Below, in pieces: positions 1 through 9,008 of a stretch of 29,567 nt of DNA. Origin of the DNA: Corallococcus silvisoli (GTDB lineage Bacteria; Myxococcota; Myxococcia; Myxococcales; Myxococcaceae); contig NZ_JAAAPJ010000005.1 in the NCBI RefSeq assembly GCF_009909145.1, positions 592,470 through 622,036 of the forward strand, given 5' to 3'. A model generated the notes under the pieces. It searched no databases. It saw only the letters and a program-made list of their open reading frames with translations, and had not been told where the DNA came from. The position numbers were made by a program, and so were the translations under genes. Each line of letters begins with the position of its first letter. Position 1 is the first letter of the stretch.

Positions 1-952
1 CGATGATGCCCTCGCAATCCGACGAGACGCACGTGAGCTCGTCGAGCACCACGTACACGTAGCGACCCGCGGGGACCGGGTTGGCCTCGCTGCCCCCCTC
101 CGGGATGAAGCTGGGGTGCGTGACGACGAGCCGCGCCGGAATGTCCACCAGGTCCGTGTAGTCCGGCACCGCGAAGGGCGCGGGGCGTGGACGCTTGTAG
201 GGGATCTCCACCGACTGCTGGTCCGCGACGACGCGCACGAGCCGGCTGGTGCCGGAGACGTTGCGGATGGCGAGCACCAGGGAGTCCGTGGCATCCGCCC
301 GGGCGGGCAGCGTGATCATGGACAGCACCGTGTCCGCGGCCTTCAGGCAGAAGACGGGCAGCGCGGGAGGCAGCGCGGCGGCGTCGAAGCCCTCCGGACC
401 GGGCAGCTCCTGGCGCATCACGACGCCCCCCCCGAAGGGGCCACAGAGCTGCTCGGCGGCTTCCGGGCGCGTCTGGAGCGCGTAGTACAGGACGCTCGGC
501 GCGCCGTCCGCCACCGGGGCGTGCGCGGCGAAGGCGGTGATGAGCTGGCCGGTCGCCAGGCGCGTCACCTCGTTGAGGCGCGTCCGGTCGGCGGCCACCA
601 CGGAGATGCTCCGGCCACCGGAGTTGCGCGCGTAGATGTAGGGGCCGGACACGTCGGCGCCCTTGGCGTCGTAGCCCACGTCCCGGGTGAGCGAGTCGGG
701 CCGCGCGATGACCGGAATGGCGAGCGGCTCCAGCGGATTGGGCGCGGGGATGAACTCACGCGGCGTGCGACTCAAGTCCAGCACGCGCAGCTCGTCCCGG
801 TCCTGCGAGGTGACGAAGACGAGCTGGTTGGAGAGCACCACGTCGTATGTGCCGGACAGACCGGCGGCGCCCGCGGTGGAGGTGGTGTCGGAGCAGGCGA
901 GCGCGAAGCTCGCGCCACTCAGCAACAGGGCAGCAAGGAAGCCGCGCTTCAA
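1..952 (-). CDS. Lipoprotein, YVTN-like beta-propeller repeat protein; partial, the 3' end runs off the window start
   Basis: Open minus-strand frame from 952 down to position 1 with no stops. The N-terminus reads MKRGFLAALLLSGASFALAC, a lipoprotein signal with an L-A-C lipobox. The TTG start at 950-952 sits 8 nt after AGGAG. Repeats such as YIYARNSGGRSISVVAADRTRL resemble YVTN propeller blades in the upstream paralog. The ORF track misses it because it is truncated by the window edge. Confidence 0.5.
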   Translation of the reverse strand, partial: MKRGFLAALLLSGASFALACSDTTSTAGAAGLSGTYDVVLSNQLVFVTSQDRDELRVLDLSRTPREFIPAPNPLEPLAIPVIARPDSLTRDVGYDAKGADVSGPYIYARNSGGRSISVVAADRTRLNEVTRLATGQLITAFAAHAPVADGAPSVLYYALQTRPEAAEQLCGPFGGGVVMRQELPGPEGFDAAALPPALPVFCLKAADTVLSMITLPARADATDSLVLAIRNVSGTSRLVRVVADQQSVEIPYKRPRPAPFAVPDYTDLVDIPARLVVTHPSFIPEGGSEANPVPAGRYVYVVLDELTCVSSDCEGII

Positions 953-954
953 GG

Positions 955-2484
955 TCAGTTCTCCTGGCACACGCTGGTGCCCTGGTTCGGATCGCGCTGC
1001 TGCTGCGTGCCCAGCTTCGCCACCAGCCTCGCGTCCTGGGGACGCGCGAGGTCGGGGATGTCCACGATGGCCACCTGCCCGTCCCCGAAGTTGGTCACGA
1101 ACAGCCGCGCCGAGTTCACGCCCACCGGGTTGTCCACCGTCAGGCCGAAGGCCTGCGACGGGTTGCTGCCCTGGTTCTGCGCGTTGACCAGCGGCACCTG
1201 CGCGACGACCTGGCCAAGCCCCTCGTCATAGAAGGACACCGCGCTGTCGCCGGTGCTCGTCACCGCGACGATGTGGCTGTCGGGGTCGCTCGGTGACGCC
1301 GTCCGGTTGATGATCTGCATGTCGCTCACGCCGTTCGGCATGGGCACCGCGGAGACCACCCGGAAGACGGGCTGGGTGGCGATGGCGCCGGGCGGCGCGT
1401 CGTAGTCGAAGTCGAGGGTGAGGAGCGTGTCGGGTCCGCGCGCCAGCAGGTAGAGCCGCTCGCGCACGAGGTTCGGACGCACCGCGAGCTCCGCCGCCGT
1501 CACCGGCCGGGGCACCACGCGCGCCGCACGCGCCTCGCGGATGCGGTACACGGACTGCAGGTTGGGCTCCAGGATGCGTCCGGTGTCGAACTTGTCCACC
1601 AGCCGCAGCACGAAGTTCGCGCCCACGGTGCCGTTGACGCCGGCCACGAAGTTGCGGCCCGTCACGTAGAGGTAGCCCGCGCCCACCGTCACCGCATCCG
1701 AGCCGCCATACAGGAAGCCGGTGGGCGACAGCGGAATGAAGCCCAGCGTGTCGCGGGTGGGGTTGTCCAGCTTCACCGTGGCCAGGTAGCTCTCGAAGTT
1801 CTTGCTCGACTTGGCGGGCGAGTCCGCCGCCTCCGAGTGCGTCACGTACAGCGTGCCGCTCGCGTCATCCACCGTCACGCCAATGGGCGACGGCGCGCGA
1901 GGCAGGTCCGGCAGCCCCTCCGTGCGCAGCGACGCCGGGATGTCGTTGGTGAGGGACAGGGCGCCCGTGCGGCAGTCCTCGCCGCCCTGCACGCAGTTGA
2001 GCACCGGCTTGCCGCCCTCGGCCACGCCCACGTCCACCGCGTAGAGGTTGTTGCCCTCCGCGCGCGAGGGGACGAACAAGCGGGGCAGCCCGTTGAGCGG
2101 GTTGATCCACAGGCCCAGCTTCCCCGCGAAGCTGCGGATCTGGACCAGCGACTCGTCGCCCGTCGTCAGGTCCTCGAAGGCGAGCGGGGAGGCGGCGACA
2201 GGGGCGCCCAGCCGGGGCACCAGAACCGACTGTCCGTCCACCTGGGCGCTCAGCGAGTCCAGGTTCAGCGCGACCACCGACCCGGAGTCGTAGCAGTTGT
2301 CGAAATTGGCGTTCGCGACGAACAGGTATCCGTTGCTGTTCGTGGGCCCCCCAGCCGTGGGAGGGCGCCAGAACGCCACCCCGCTGGGGTACACGAAGCG
2401 GGTGGAGGGAGGCGGGTTCGGGTCGGATTCGATCGAACACGCCGCGAAGAACAACAGCGCGGGGGTCAGGAAATGGAGGCGCAT
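955..2484 (-). CDS. Lipoprotein with YVTN/NHL-like beta-propeller repeats (509 aa)
   Basis: ORF 955..2562 trimmed to the ATG at 2484, giving MRLHFLTPALLFFAAC (signal peptide plus lipobox). Repeated LYVTxxxxxxVxVxD-type blades occur (LYVTHSEAAD, YLYVTGRNF, RLFVTNFGDGQVAIVDIP). Confidence 0.7.
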   Translation of the reverse strand: MRLHFLTPALLFFAACSIESDPNPPPSTRFVYPSGVAFWRPPTAGGPTNSNGYLFVANANFDNCYDSGSVVALNLDSLSAQVDGQSVLVPRLGAPVAASPLAFEDLTTGDESLVQIRSFAGKLGLWINPLNGLPRLFVPSRAEGNNLYAVDVGVAEGGKPVLNCVQGGEDCRTGALSLTNDIPASLRTEGLPDLPRAPSPIGVTVDDASGTLYVTHSEAADSPAKSSKNFESYLATVKLDNPTRDTLGFIPLSPTGFLYGGSDAVTVGAGYLYVTGRNFVAGVNGTVGANFVLRLVDKFDTGRILEPNLQSVYRIREARAARVVPRPVTAAELAVRPNLVRERLYLLARGPDTLLTLDFDYDAPPGAIATQPVFRVVSAVPMPNGVSDMQIINRTASPSDPDSHIVAVTSTGDSAVSFYDEGLGQVVAQVPLVNAQNQGSNPSQAFGLTVDNPVGVNSARLFVTNFGDGQVAIVDIPDLARPQDARLVAKLGTQQQRDPNQGTSVCQEN

Positions 2485-2651
2485 CAGAGGGGGGCGGAGT
2501 CTAGGAACGCCGCCCTGCCCCGGGCAACTGAATAGGGGGGTATCTATTCCCCGGCCGCCCACCGGACGACATCCGGCCCCCGCACGCGAGCGCGCGCCGC
2601 TCCCCTGGCTGGGGAACGGGCGCGCTCCGGCGCTGAAGCGGTCCGCGGGCC

Positions 2652-4760
2652 TCAGGCGGCCGCGGCCTCGGCCTGGATCTTGGAGAAGTCCGCCACCTGG
2701 TTGAACAGGGCGCCAATCTCCGTGAGGAACCGGATGCGGTTTTCCCTGAGGTCCCTGTCCTCGGCCATCACCATGACCTTGTCGAAGAAGGTGTCCACGG
2801 CGGGCTTCAGGCCGGTGATCTCCTTGAGGGCCCCGGCGAAGTCATCCGCGCGCACCCGCTCGCCCACCTTGTCCCGCGCGTGGGTGAAGGCGGTGTGGAG
2901 GTTCTTCTCCGGCTCGTCGGTGAAGCGCTGCGGGTTGGTCTGCCCGCCGGCCACGTCCTTGCCCTGCTTCTCCACGATGTTGACCACGCGCTTGAACGCC
3001 GCCGCCAGCGGCTGGAAGTCGGAGTGGCCCACCAGCACGCTCAGCGCCTCCAGGCGCTTCTTCGCCGCGACGAGGTCATCGAACCCCACGGCCAGCACCG
3101 CCTCCACGACGTCCGTGCGGTGCTGCTCGCCCCAGAGCGCCTTGAGGCGTCCGCGGAAGAACTCCAGCACCTGTTCGCGCGGCGCCGCTTCGCCCGGCTT
3201 GCGCTTCACGTTGGCCAGCTTCGGGGCCAGCAGGCGCAGCGCCTCATCCACCGCGGCCGACAGGCTGAAGCGATAGCCGCGCCCCAGCACGATGCGGATG
3301 ATGGACAGGCACGCGCGGCGCAGCGCGAACGGATCCGCCGCGCCCGACGGCGCCTTGCCAATGGCGAAGATGCCGCACAGCGAGTCCAGCCGGTCCGCCA
3401 GGCCGATGAGCGCGCCCGCGTCCTGGGTCGGCAGCGCGTCCTCGGCGCCGCGGGGGAGGTAGTGCTCGGCGATGGCCAGCGCGACCGCCTCGGGCTCGCC
3501 GCCCGCGCGCGCGTACTCGCGGCCCATCACGCCCTGGAGCTCCGGGAACTCGCCCACCATGCCGGTGACGAGGTCCGCCTTGGACAGCGTGGCGGCGCGC
3601 TCCACCGTGGCCACCTCCCCTGCCCTGCCCGTGGCCTGCGCCAGCCAGACGGCCAGCGCGCGGAAGCGCTCGACCTTGTCCAGGTACGTGCCCAGCTGGT
3701 TCTGCCACACCACGCGGCCCAGCTTCTCCACGCGGTCGCCCAGGGGCGTCCGGCGGTCCTCGTCGAAGAAGAAGCGTCCGTCCGCGAGCCGGGCGGCCAG
3801 CACGCGCTGATAGCCGCGCAGGGAGAGCTGCTCGTCGCGCACCGGCGTGTTGGACACGGCGATGAAGAGCGGCAGCAGCTTCCCCTTCTCGTCCGTCAGC
3901 GAGAAGTAGCGCTGGTGGCTCTTCATCTCCTGCACCAGCACCTCGGGCGGCAGGTCCAGGTGACGCGCCTCGAAGCTGCCCACCACGGGGCTCGGCAGCT
4001 CCACCAGGTTCGTCACCTGATCCACCAGCCCCTCGTCCTCCAGGAGGCGGGCACCCGCTGCCTTCGCGGCCGCGTTCACCTTCTCCACCAGCGACGCACG
4101 GCGCTTGCCGATGTCCGCCAGCACGTGCGCCTTCTCCAGCGTGGCCTCGTAGTCCGCGGGCGACTTCAGCGCGATGGGACCGGGCGCGAGGAAGCGGTGG
4201 CCATGGGTGGTCCGTCCGCCCTTCACGTCGCCCAGCACCACGGGCAGCTCCGTGTCGCCCAGGAGCGCCACCAGCCACTGCACCGGACGCGCGAACGCCG
4301 TGTCCACGTCACCCCAGCGCATGGACTTCTTGAAGTTGATGCCATGCACCGCGGTGTGCAGCGCGTCCTGGAGGATGGCCTCCGCGGGACGGCCCTTCTC
4401 CTCCACGCGCGCGGAGAGGTACTCGCCCTTGGCCGTCGTCGTGCGCCCGAGCGCGTCCACGGACAGCTTGAGGCTCTCGGCGAACTTCTCCGCCGCCTTG
4501 GTGGGCTTGCCCTGCGCGTCGAAGGCGGCCTTGGCGCTGGGCCCCAGCACCTCCTTCGTCACGTCCTCGCCCGCGTCCGCCACGCCGCGCACCCACACGG
4601 CCAGCCGGCGCGGCGTACCGAACGTGCGCACCTCGCCGTGCTTCAGGCGGGCGTCGGCCATGCGCTCGGAGAGGACGCGCTTCAGGTCCTCCAAGGCCGG
4701 GACGATGAACGACGCCGGGATCTCCTCGGCACCGATTTCCAGGAGCAGATCACGCGCCAC
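2652..4760 (-). CDS. glyS: Glycine--tRNA ligase beta subunit (702 aa)
   Basis: The conserved GlyS N-terminus (V)[17 protein letters not shown] follows a GTG at 4758-4760. Length and motifs throughout match (HQRYF, tRNA-binding C-terminus). It overlaps the glyQ stop by 11 nt. Confidence 0.9.
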   Translation of the reverse strand: MARDLLLEIGAEEIPASFIVPALEDLKRVLSERMADARLKHGEVRTFGTPRRLAVWVRGVADAGEDVTKEVLGPSAKAAFDAQGKPTKAAEKFAESLKLSVDALGRTTTAKGEYLSARVEEKGRPAEAILQDALHTAVHGINFKKSMRWGDVDTAFARPVQWLVALLGDTELPVVLGDVKGGRTTHGHRFLAPGPIALKSPADYEATLEKAHVLADIGKRRASLVEKVNAAAKAAGARLLEDEGLVDQVTNLVELPSPVVGSFEARHLDLPPEVLVQEMKSHQRYFSLTDEKGKLLPLFIAVSNTPVRDEQLSLRGYQRVLAARLADGRFFFDEDRRTPLGDRVEKLGRVVWQNQLGTYLDKVERFRALAVWLAQATGRAGEVATVERAATLSKADLVTGMVGEFPELQGVMGREYARAGGEPEAVALAIAEHYLPRGAEDALPTQDAGALIGLADRLDSLCGIFAIGKAPSGAADPFALRRACLSIIRIVLGRGYRFSLSAAVDEALRLLAPKLANVKRKPGEAAPREQVLEFFRGRLKALWGEQHRTDVVEAVLAVGFDDLVAAKKRLEALSVLVGHSDFQPLAAAFKRVVNIVEKQGKDVAGGQTNPQRFTDEPEKNLHTAFTHARDKVGERVRADDFAGALKEITGLKPAVDTFFDKVMVMAEDRDLRENRIRFLTEIGALFNQVADFSKIQAEAAAA

Positions 4761-5742
4761 GGGCCACCTCCCCCTTCTCCTTCTTCTCCACCGGCTTGTT
4801 GAGCTGCACCGTCTTCCAGTAGTCGCTGGCGGGCTTGCCCTCCAGCACCGGCGGCTGCTCACCCACGGTCCACGGCGTCTTCGTCAGCGGGAAGCCCAGG
4901 CGCTCGCGCATCTGGAGATAGCCTTCCGCGCACAGGCGCGCGTTGTCGCGCACGCGCTTGATGAAGTTGGCGCGCTCGGTGACGGAGATGGCGCCGCGCG
5001 CGTCCAGCAGGTTGAACGTGTGCGAGCACTTGAGCGCGAAGTCGTACGCGGGCAGCGGAAGGTGGCGCTCGATGAGGCGCTTGCACTCCTTCTCGTACGC
5101 GTCGAACAGCGCGAAGAGCATCTGCGGATCCGACTCGTGGAGGGCGTACTTGCTCATCTCCACTTCGTTCGCGTGGAACACCTCGCCGTACTTCACGCCC
5201 TTGACCCACTCGATGTCGAAGACGTTCTCGACGTTCTGCAGGTACATCGTCAGGCGCTCGAGCCCGTACGTCAGCTCCGCGGCGACCGGGCGGCAGTCGA
5301 AGCCACCGCACTGCTGGAAGTAGGTGAACTGCGTCACCTCCATCCCATCACACCACACCTCCCAGCCCAGGCCCCACGCGCCCAGGGTCGGCGACTCCCA
5401 GTCGTCCTCCACGAAGCGGATGTCGTGCTCCAGCGGATCCATCCCAATCTTCCGCAGCGACTCCAGGTACAGCTCCTGGACGTTCTTGGGCGCGGGCTTG
5501 AGGATGACCTGGAACTGGTGGTGCTGGAACAGGCGGTTCGGGTTCTCACCGAAGCGGCCGTCTGCGGGGCGCCGCGAGGGCTGCACGTAGGCGACGTTCC
5601 ACGGCTCGGGGCCGAGCGCGCGCAGGAACGTGTACGGGGCCATGGTGCCCGCGCCGACTTCCGTGTCGTACGACTGGGTGACGATGCATCCCTGGTCGGC
5701 CCAGTGCTTCTGGAGCGTGAGGATGAGGTCCTGGAAATACAT
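4750..5742 (-). CDS. glyQ: Glycine--tRNA ligase alpha subunit (330 aa, with a ~25 aa K/E-rich C-terminal extension)
   Basis: [19 protein letters not shown]...[11 protein letters not shown] is the canonical GlyQ. The ATG at 5742 is preceded by a GAAGGA Shine-Dalgarno (SD). Confidence 0.93.
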   Translation of the reverse strand: MYFQDLILTLQKHWADQGCIVTQSYDTEVGAGTMAPYTFLRALGPEPWNVAYVQPSRRPADGRFGENPNRLFQHHQFQVILKPAPKNVQELYLESLRKIGMDPLEHDIRFVEDDWESPTLGAWGLGWEVWCDGMEVTQFTYFQQCGGFDCRPVAAELTYGLERLTMYLQNVENVFDIEWVKGVKYGEVFHANEVEMSKYALHESDPQMLFALFDAYEKECKRLIERHLPLPAYDFALKCSHTFNLLDARGAISVTERANFIKRVRDNARLCAEGYLQMRERLGFPLTKTPWTVGEQPPVLEGKPASDYWKTVQLNKPVEKKEKGEVARGA

Positions 5743-5831
5743 GATGGCGAGTCCTTCTCGCAGTGCGTCGAAGGCGGAGGCTGAACGCGGCGGACCCTAG
5801 TGAGGGGGTCCAGGAGCGTCAAGGACGGGCA

Positions 5832-8114
5832 TCAGTCCGAATAGGCCGGGAGGTCGGCCAGTCGAATCTGGAGCTTCGTCACCTCCCCTGGACGGATGGG
5901 AGCGGACAACAGCTTGCTCGTTCCGCCGGGGTCCTGAGGGTCCACGATGCGCAGGCGGTAGGTGCCGATGGGGAGCGGGAACTTCGTCAGCGGGGACGTG
6001 CCCAGCTGCGTCGCGCCGTCGAATACCGCGGCGTTCTTCGGCACCGTGTAGAGCGTCAGCCAGCCCAGGCCCGCCTTCGCCGCGCCCTTCGCGGTGGTCG
6101 TGTCGAGCACCTCCGGGGCCTCCGTCTGCGTGACCGTGGTGACAGGCTCCGGCACACGGGGTGGGGCCACGGTGGGCGCGGCCGGCGTGGGCTTCGGGTC
6201 GACCTTCGCGACCGTCGGCTTGTCGGCGGGGGCCACCCAGTTCGCGGGAGAGCTGCCCGGCTTCGCCTTGCGGGCGCCCTTGCCGGCGGCGCCCTTCTTC
6301 GCGTCGGCGGTCGGGGTCTCCGCCTCCGCGACGGGCTCGGACGGGGGGGCCGGAGGAGTCTCCTGCTGCGGCGGCTTCTCGGGCTCGGTCTTCGCGACGA
6401 AGCCCGGCGGAGGACCGGACCGCTTGGGGGGCCACTCCGCGGTCGCGCTGGGATCCACGGGCGCTGCCGGATCCAGCTCCGCCTTCACCCACTGCTTCGC
6501 GGAGTCGAACGCGGGCATGAACAGGCGGCGCACCGGCTCCAGCGTCGCCAGGTAGCCCACGCCGCCCAGGATGAGGAGCAGCACGAGGCGCATGCCCCAA
6601 TTGGAGCGCTGCGGTGGAGCCTCCGGTGCCGCGTCCGCGGCCTCCCCGGCCCCACGCGCGGGCCGGGTGCCCCCGCGCGCCGGCCGGGTGCGGAAGCGCT
6701 GCGTCTGGAGATCGCTGGGGGGATCCAGCAGCGCGTCGGCCTGGGGTGCGTTCCGGGCCTCGGCGGCCTCCGGGCGCGCCGAGGGACGTGCCCTGGCGGG
6801 CCGCGCGCTGTCCGCGGGAGGACGCACCACCCGGGGGATGGGAGCCGCTTCAGCGCCCGCGGGCCGCTGCGCACGCGGCGTCATCGGTGGCGTGTTGACG
6901 CGCGACGCCCCGTCGGCGGAAGGACGCGGGGTCGCGCGAGGGGCGGGCGTCGGGGACTCGGCCGCGGTGCGGCGCACGGGCGTGGGACGGAAGGACGCCG
7001 CGGCCTCCGAGGGCGGGGCGTCCGCGTGCGGCGACTTCACCTGCGCGGTGGTGGCGGCCGCCGCCTGATCCGTGCCCTCCTCCACCTGAAGCGCACCGGC
7101 GGCCTCGCTGACGCGGGCGTCCTCGGCGCGGCTGGCCAGTTCCAGGAGGGTGCGCGTCTTCTGACGCTTCTCCTCGAAGAGCTCGCCCATGACGGCGGTC
7201 ATCTGATCTTCGTCGAACAGCTCGGCGCCGAGCGTGGCCTCGATGGCGCGCGCCATCTCCCGACAGGTGCCGAAGCGCTGGGCCGCGTCGCGCGAGAGCG
7301 CCTTGAGCACCACCGCTTCAATCGCCTCCGGGAGCGTGGCGTTGAGCGAGCGCGGCGCGGGAATCTCCCCGTCCACGATCTGCATCATCACCGCGGCCTC
7401 GCCCGGAGCGTTGAACAGCCGCTGACCGGCGACGAGCTCATGGAACATCACGCCCGCGGAGAACTGGTCGCTGCGGCCATCCAGGCCCTGTCCCCGCACC
7501 TGCTCCGGGGACATGTACCCGCTGGTTCCCTTCACCGTGCCCACCTGCGTGCGGCCCAGCTTGCCGCGCGCCTTGGCGATGCCGAAGTCGATCACCTTCA
7601 CGACGCCGTCGTAGGTGATCATCACGTTCTTCGGGGACACGTCGCGGTGCACCACCGCCACGGGCCGCCCAGACGGATCCATGAAGTGGTGCGCGTAGTG
7701 CAGCCCCAGGCACGTGTCGCGCATCACGCGGGCGCTGAAGCCCAGCGGCAGCGCGTAGTTGCGCCGGGCCGCCATCTTCACCACCTGCTCCAGGTTCTGA
7801 CCGGGCAGGAACTCCATGGCGAGGTACAGCTCGCCGTCCTCCTCACCCAGGTCGAACACCTGTCCGATGTTCGCGTGCGAGAAGGCGGCGGTGATGCGCG
7901 CCTCGTCGAGGAACATCTTGACGAACTGGTCGTCCTTCTTGATGTCGGGGAGGATCTGCTTCACCGCGACGAACTTGCGGAAGCCGCCGGGACCGGAGGT
8001 GAACGCGAGGAACAACTCCGCCATCCCGCCCATCGAGAGTCGGGTGAGGATCTCGTATTTTCCGATGCGCCGCCCCCGGTCGGGATCTTCTCCGGCGCCT
8101 CCCTGCGTGCTCAT
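5832..8114 (-). CDS. Hanks-type Ser/Thr protein kinase: N-terminal kinase domain, long Pro/Ala/Arg-rich linker, one TM helix, C-terminal PEGA-like domain (760 aa)
   Basis: Kinase motifs are present: GKYEILTRLSMGGMAELFLAF (Gly loop), VAVKQI, HRDVSPKNVMI, DFGIAKA, SGYMSPE. The TM segment is MRLVLLLILGGVGYLATL. The C-terminus VFDGATQLGTSPLTKFPLPIGTYRLRIV fits the PEGA pattern. Start is the ATG at 8114 (MSTQGG...) rather than the track's upstream extension. Confidence 0.85.
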   Translation of the reverse strand: MSTQGGAGEDPDRGRRIGKYEILTRLSMGGMAELFLAFTSGPGGFRKFVAVKQILPDIKKDDQFVKMFLDEARITAAFSHANIGQVFDLGEEDGELYLAMEFLPGQNLEQVVKMAARRNYALPLGFSARVMRDTCLGLHYAHHFMDPSGRPVAVVHRDVSPKNVMITYDGVVKVIDFGIAKARGKLGRTQVGTVKGTSGYMSPEQVRGQGLDGRSDQFSAGVMFHELVAGQRLFNAPGEAAVMMQIVDGEIPAPRSLNATLPEAIEAVVLKALSRDAAQRFGTCREMARAIEATLGAELFDEDQMTAVMGELFEEKRQKTRTLLELASRAEDARVSEAAGALQVEEGTDQAAAATTAQVKSPHADAPPSEAAASFRPTPVRRTAAESPTPAPRATPRPSADGASRVNTPPMTPRAQRPAGAEAAPIPRVVRPPADSARPARARPSARPEAAEARNAPQADALLDPPSDLQTQRFRTRPARGGTRPARGAGEAADAAPEAPPQRSNWGMRLVLLLILGGVGYLATLEPVRRLFMPAFDSAKQWVKAELDPAAPVDPSATAEWPPKRSGPPPGFVAKTEPEKPPQQETPPAPPSEPVAEAETPTADAKKGAAGKGARKAKPGSSPANWVAPADKPTVAKVDPKPTPAAPTVAPPRVPEPVTTVTQTEAPEVLDTTTAKGAAKAGLGWLTLYTVPKNAAVFDGATQLGTSPLTKFPLPIGTYRLRIVDPQDPGGTSKLLSAPIRPGEVTKLQIRLADLPAYSD

Positions 8115-8219
8115 GGCCCGGGGGATGTTACCTGTCACGCCCCCCCAGGTCGATGCTCGTCTTCTCTTGGACGGACAGGCCCTCCCCCCCAAACGGCTCA
8201 GGAGCCCGGGGAAAGCCGC

Positions 8220-9008
8220 TTAGGCGCCGAACCGTTGCCGCCGCACGTCAAGCATCCAGGCCTCGAGCGCCGCCACCGCCGACGCGGGGGGCTCCAGCGG
8301 CAGCGTGGAGGACGCGTCCGCCTCGTCGAGCACCGCGAAGGCGCGCGTCACCCCCTGTTGCCACTGCTCGCTGAGCGCGTCGGACAGCTCGATGTGCTCC
8401 CCCCGCTGCTTGCGCTCCACCAGCGCGCGGGCTTCGGCGAAGCCATACGGCTCCAGCAGGTGGGTGACGTCCGTCTCCACTTCGCCCGTGCGCAGCAGAT
8501 GCGTCCCGGTGAGCGTGGTGCGCAGCACGTACAGCAGCTTCTTCGCGGAGCGAAAGCCGCTCTTCTCCCATTCGCGGAGCTGCCCCTGCGCGAAGCCGCG
8601 GTAGTGCCGGTGGACACGCCGCGACAGGACGGCCCGGACCCGAGGCCGCAGCGCCTCCAGCTCCGGCAGCGCCCGCACGGTGACGGCGCCGAGCACCCGC
8701 TCGATGTAGTTGCCGTTGCCCTGCAGGATGCCGAGCAGCACCGGCTGCAGCTCGTTGGACGAGTAGTCCACCTCCACGCCCTCCCGCACCTCCAGGCGCT
8801 CCGCCGGCACGTGCCGGGGCTGGAGGCCCAGGAGCGCGGCGGTGGGTGCGATGTGGATGGACTTGAGGTCCAGATCGCTGTCGTGCGAGGGGAAGCCGTA
8901 CGCATGCGCGCCAGACAGCGTGATGACCAGGTGCTCGCGCTGGAGGGACTCCTCGTCCAGCACCCTGTCCGCCATGCGTGCCTGATGCTCCGTCACCATG
9001 CCCTTCAT
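8220..9008 (-). CDS. Pol-beta superfamily nucleotidyltransferase (262 aa), downstream member of an NTase pair
   Basis: HLVITLSGAHAYGFPSHDSDLDLKSIHI gives the G[SA]-x10-DxDx NTase signature, with a third acidic cluster at VEVDYSS. The ATG at 9008 (MKGM) is preceded by GGAGGGAGG and overlaps the upstream gene's stop as ATGA. The Arg/Gly-rich 355-aa N-terminal extension in the ORF track is rejected. Confidence 0.75.
   Translation of the reverse strand: MKGMVTEHQARMADRVLDEESLQREHLVITLSGAHAYGFPSHDSDLDLKSIHIAPTAALLGLQPRHVPAERLEVREGVEVDYSSNELQPVLLGILQGNGNYIERVLGAVTVRALPELEALRPRVRAVLSRRVHRHYRGFAQGQLREWEKSGFRSAKKLLYVLRTTLTGTHLLRTGEVETDVTHLLEPYGFAEARALVERKQRGEHIELSDALSEQWQQGVTRAFAVLDEADASSTLPLEPPASAVAALEAWMLDVRRQRFGA

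Noticed and set aside
955-957. Possible frameshift fusing the two lipoprotein ORFs into one gene
   Set aside because: The downstream ORF has its own SD (AGGAG), start codon and a complete lipoprotein signal peptide, so two separate paralogous genes is the simpler reading.
2485-2651. Possible sigma-54 (TGGCAC-N5-TTGC) promoter or rho-independent terminator in the glyS-lipoprotein spacer
   Set aside because: No match to the -24/-12 consensus was found. The GC hairpins (around 2587-2627 and ccgga-tgtcg-tccgg) lack a following U-tract, so no confident call.
6655-6695. 21-bp tandem repeat, considered as a non-coding repeat or CRISPR-like element
   Set aside because: It is only two copies and lies inside the kinase linker coding frame (TRPARGG/TRPARGA). 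No spacer or repeat array structure is present anywhere in the window.
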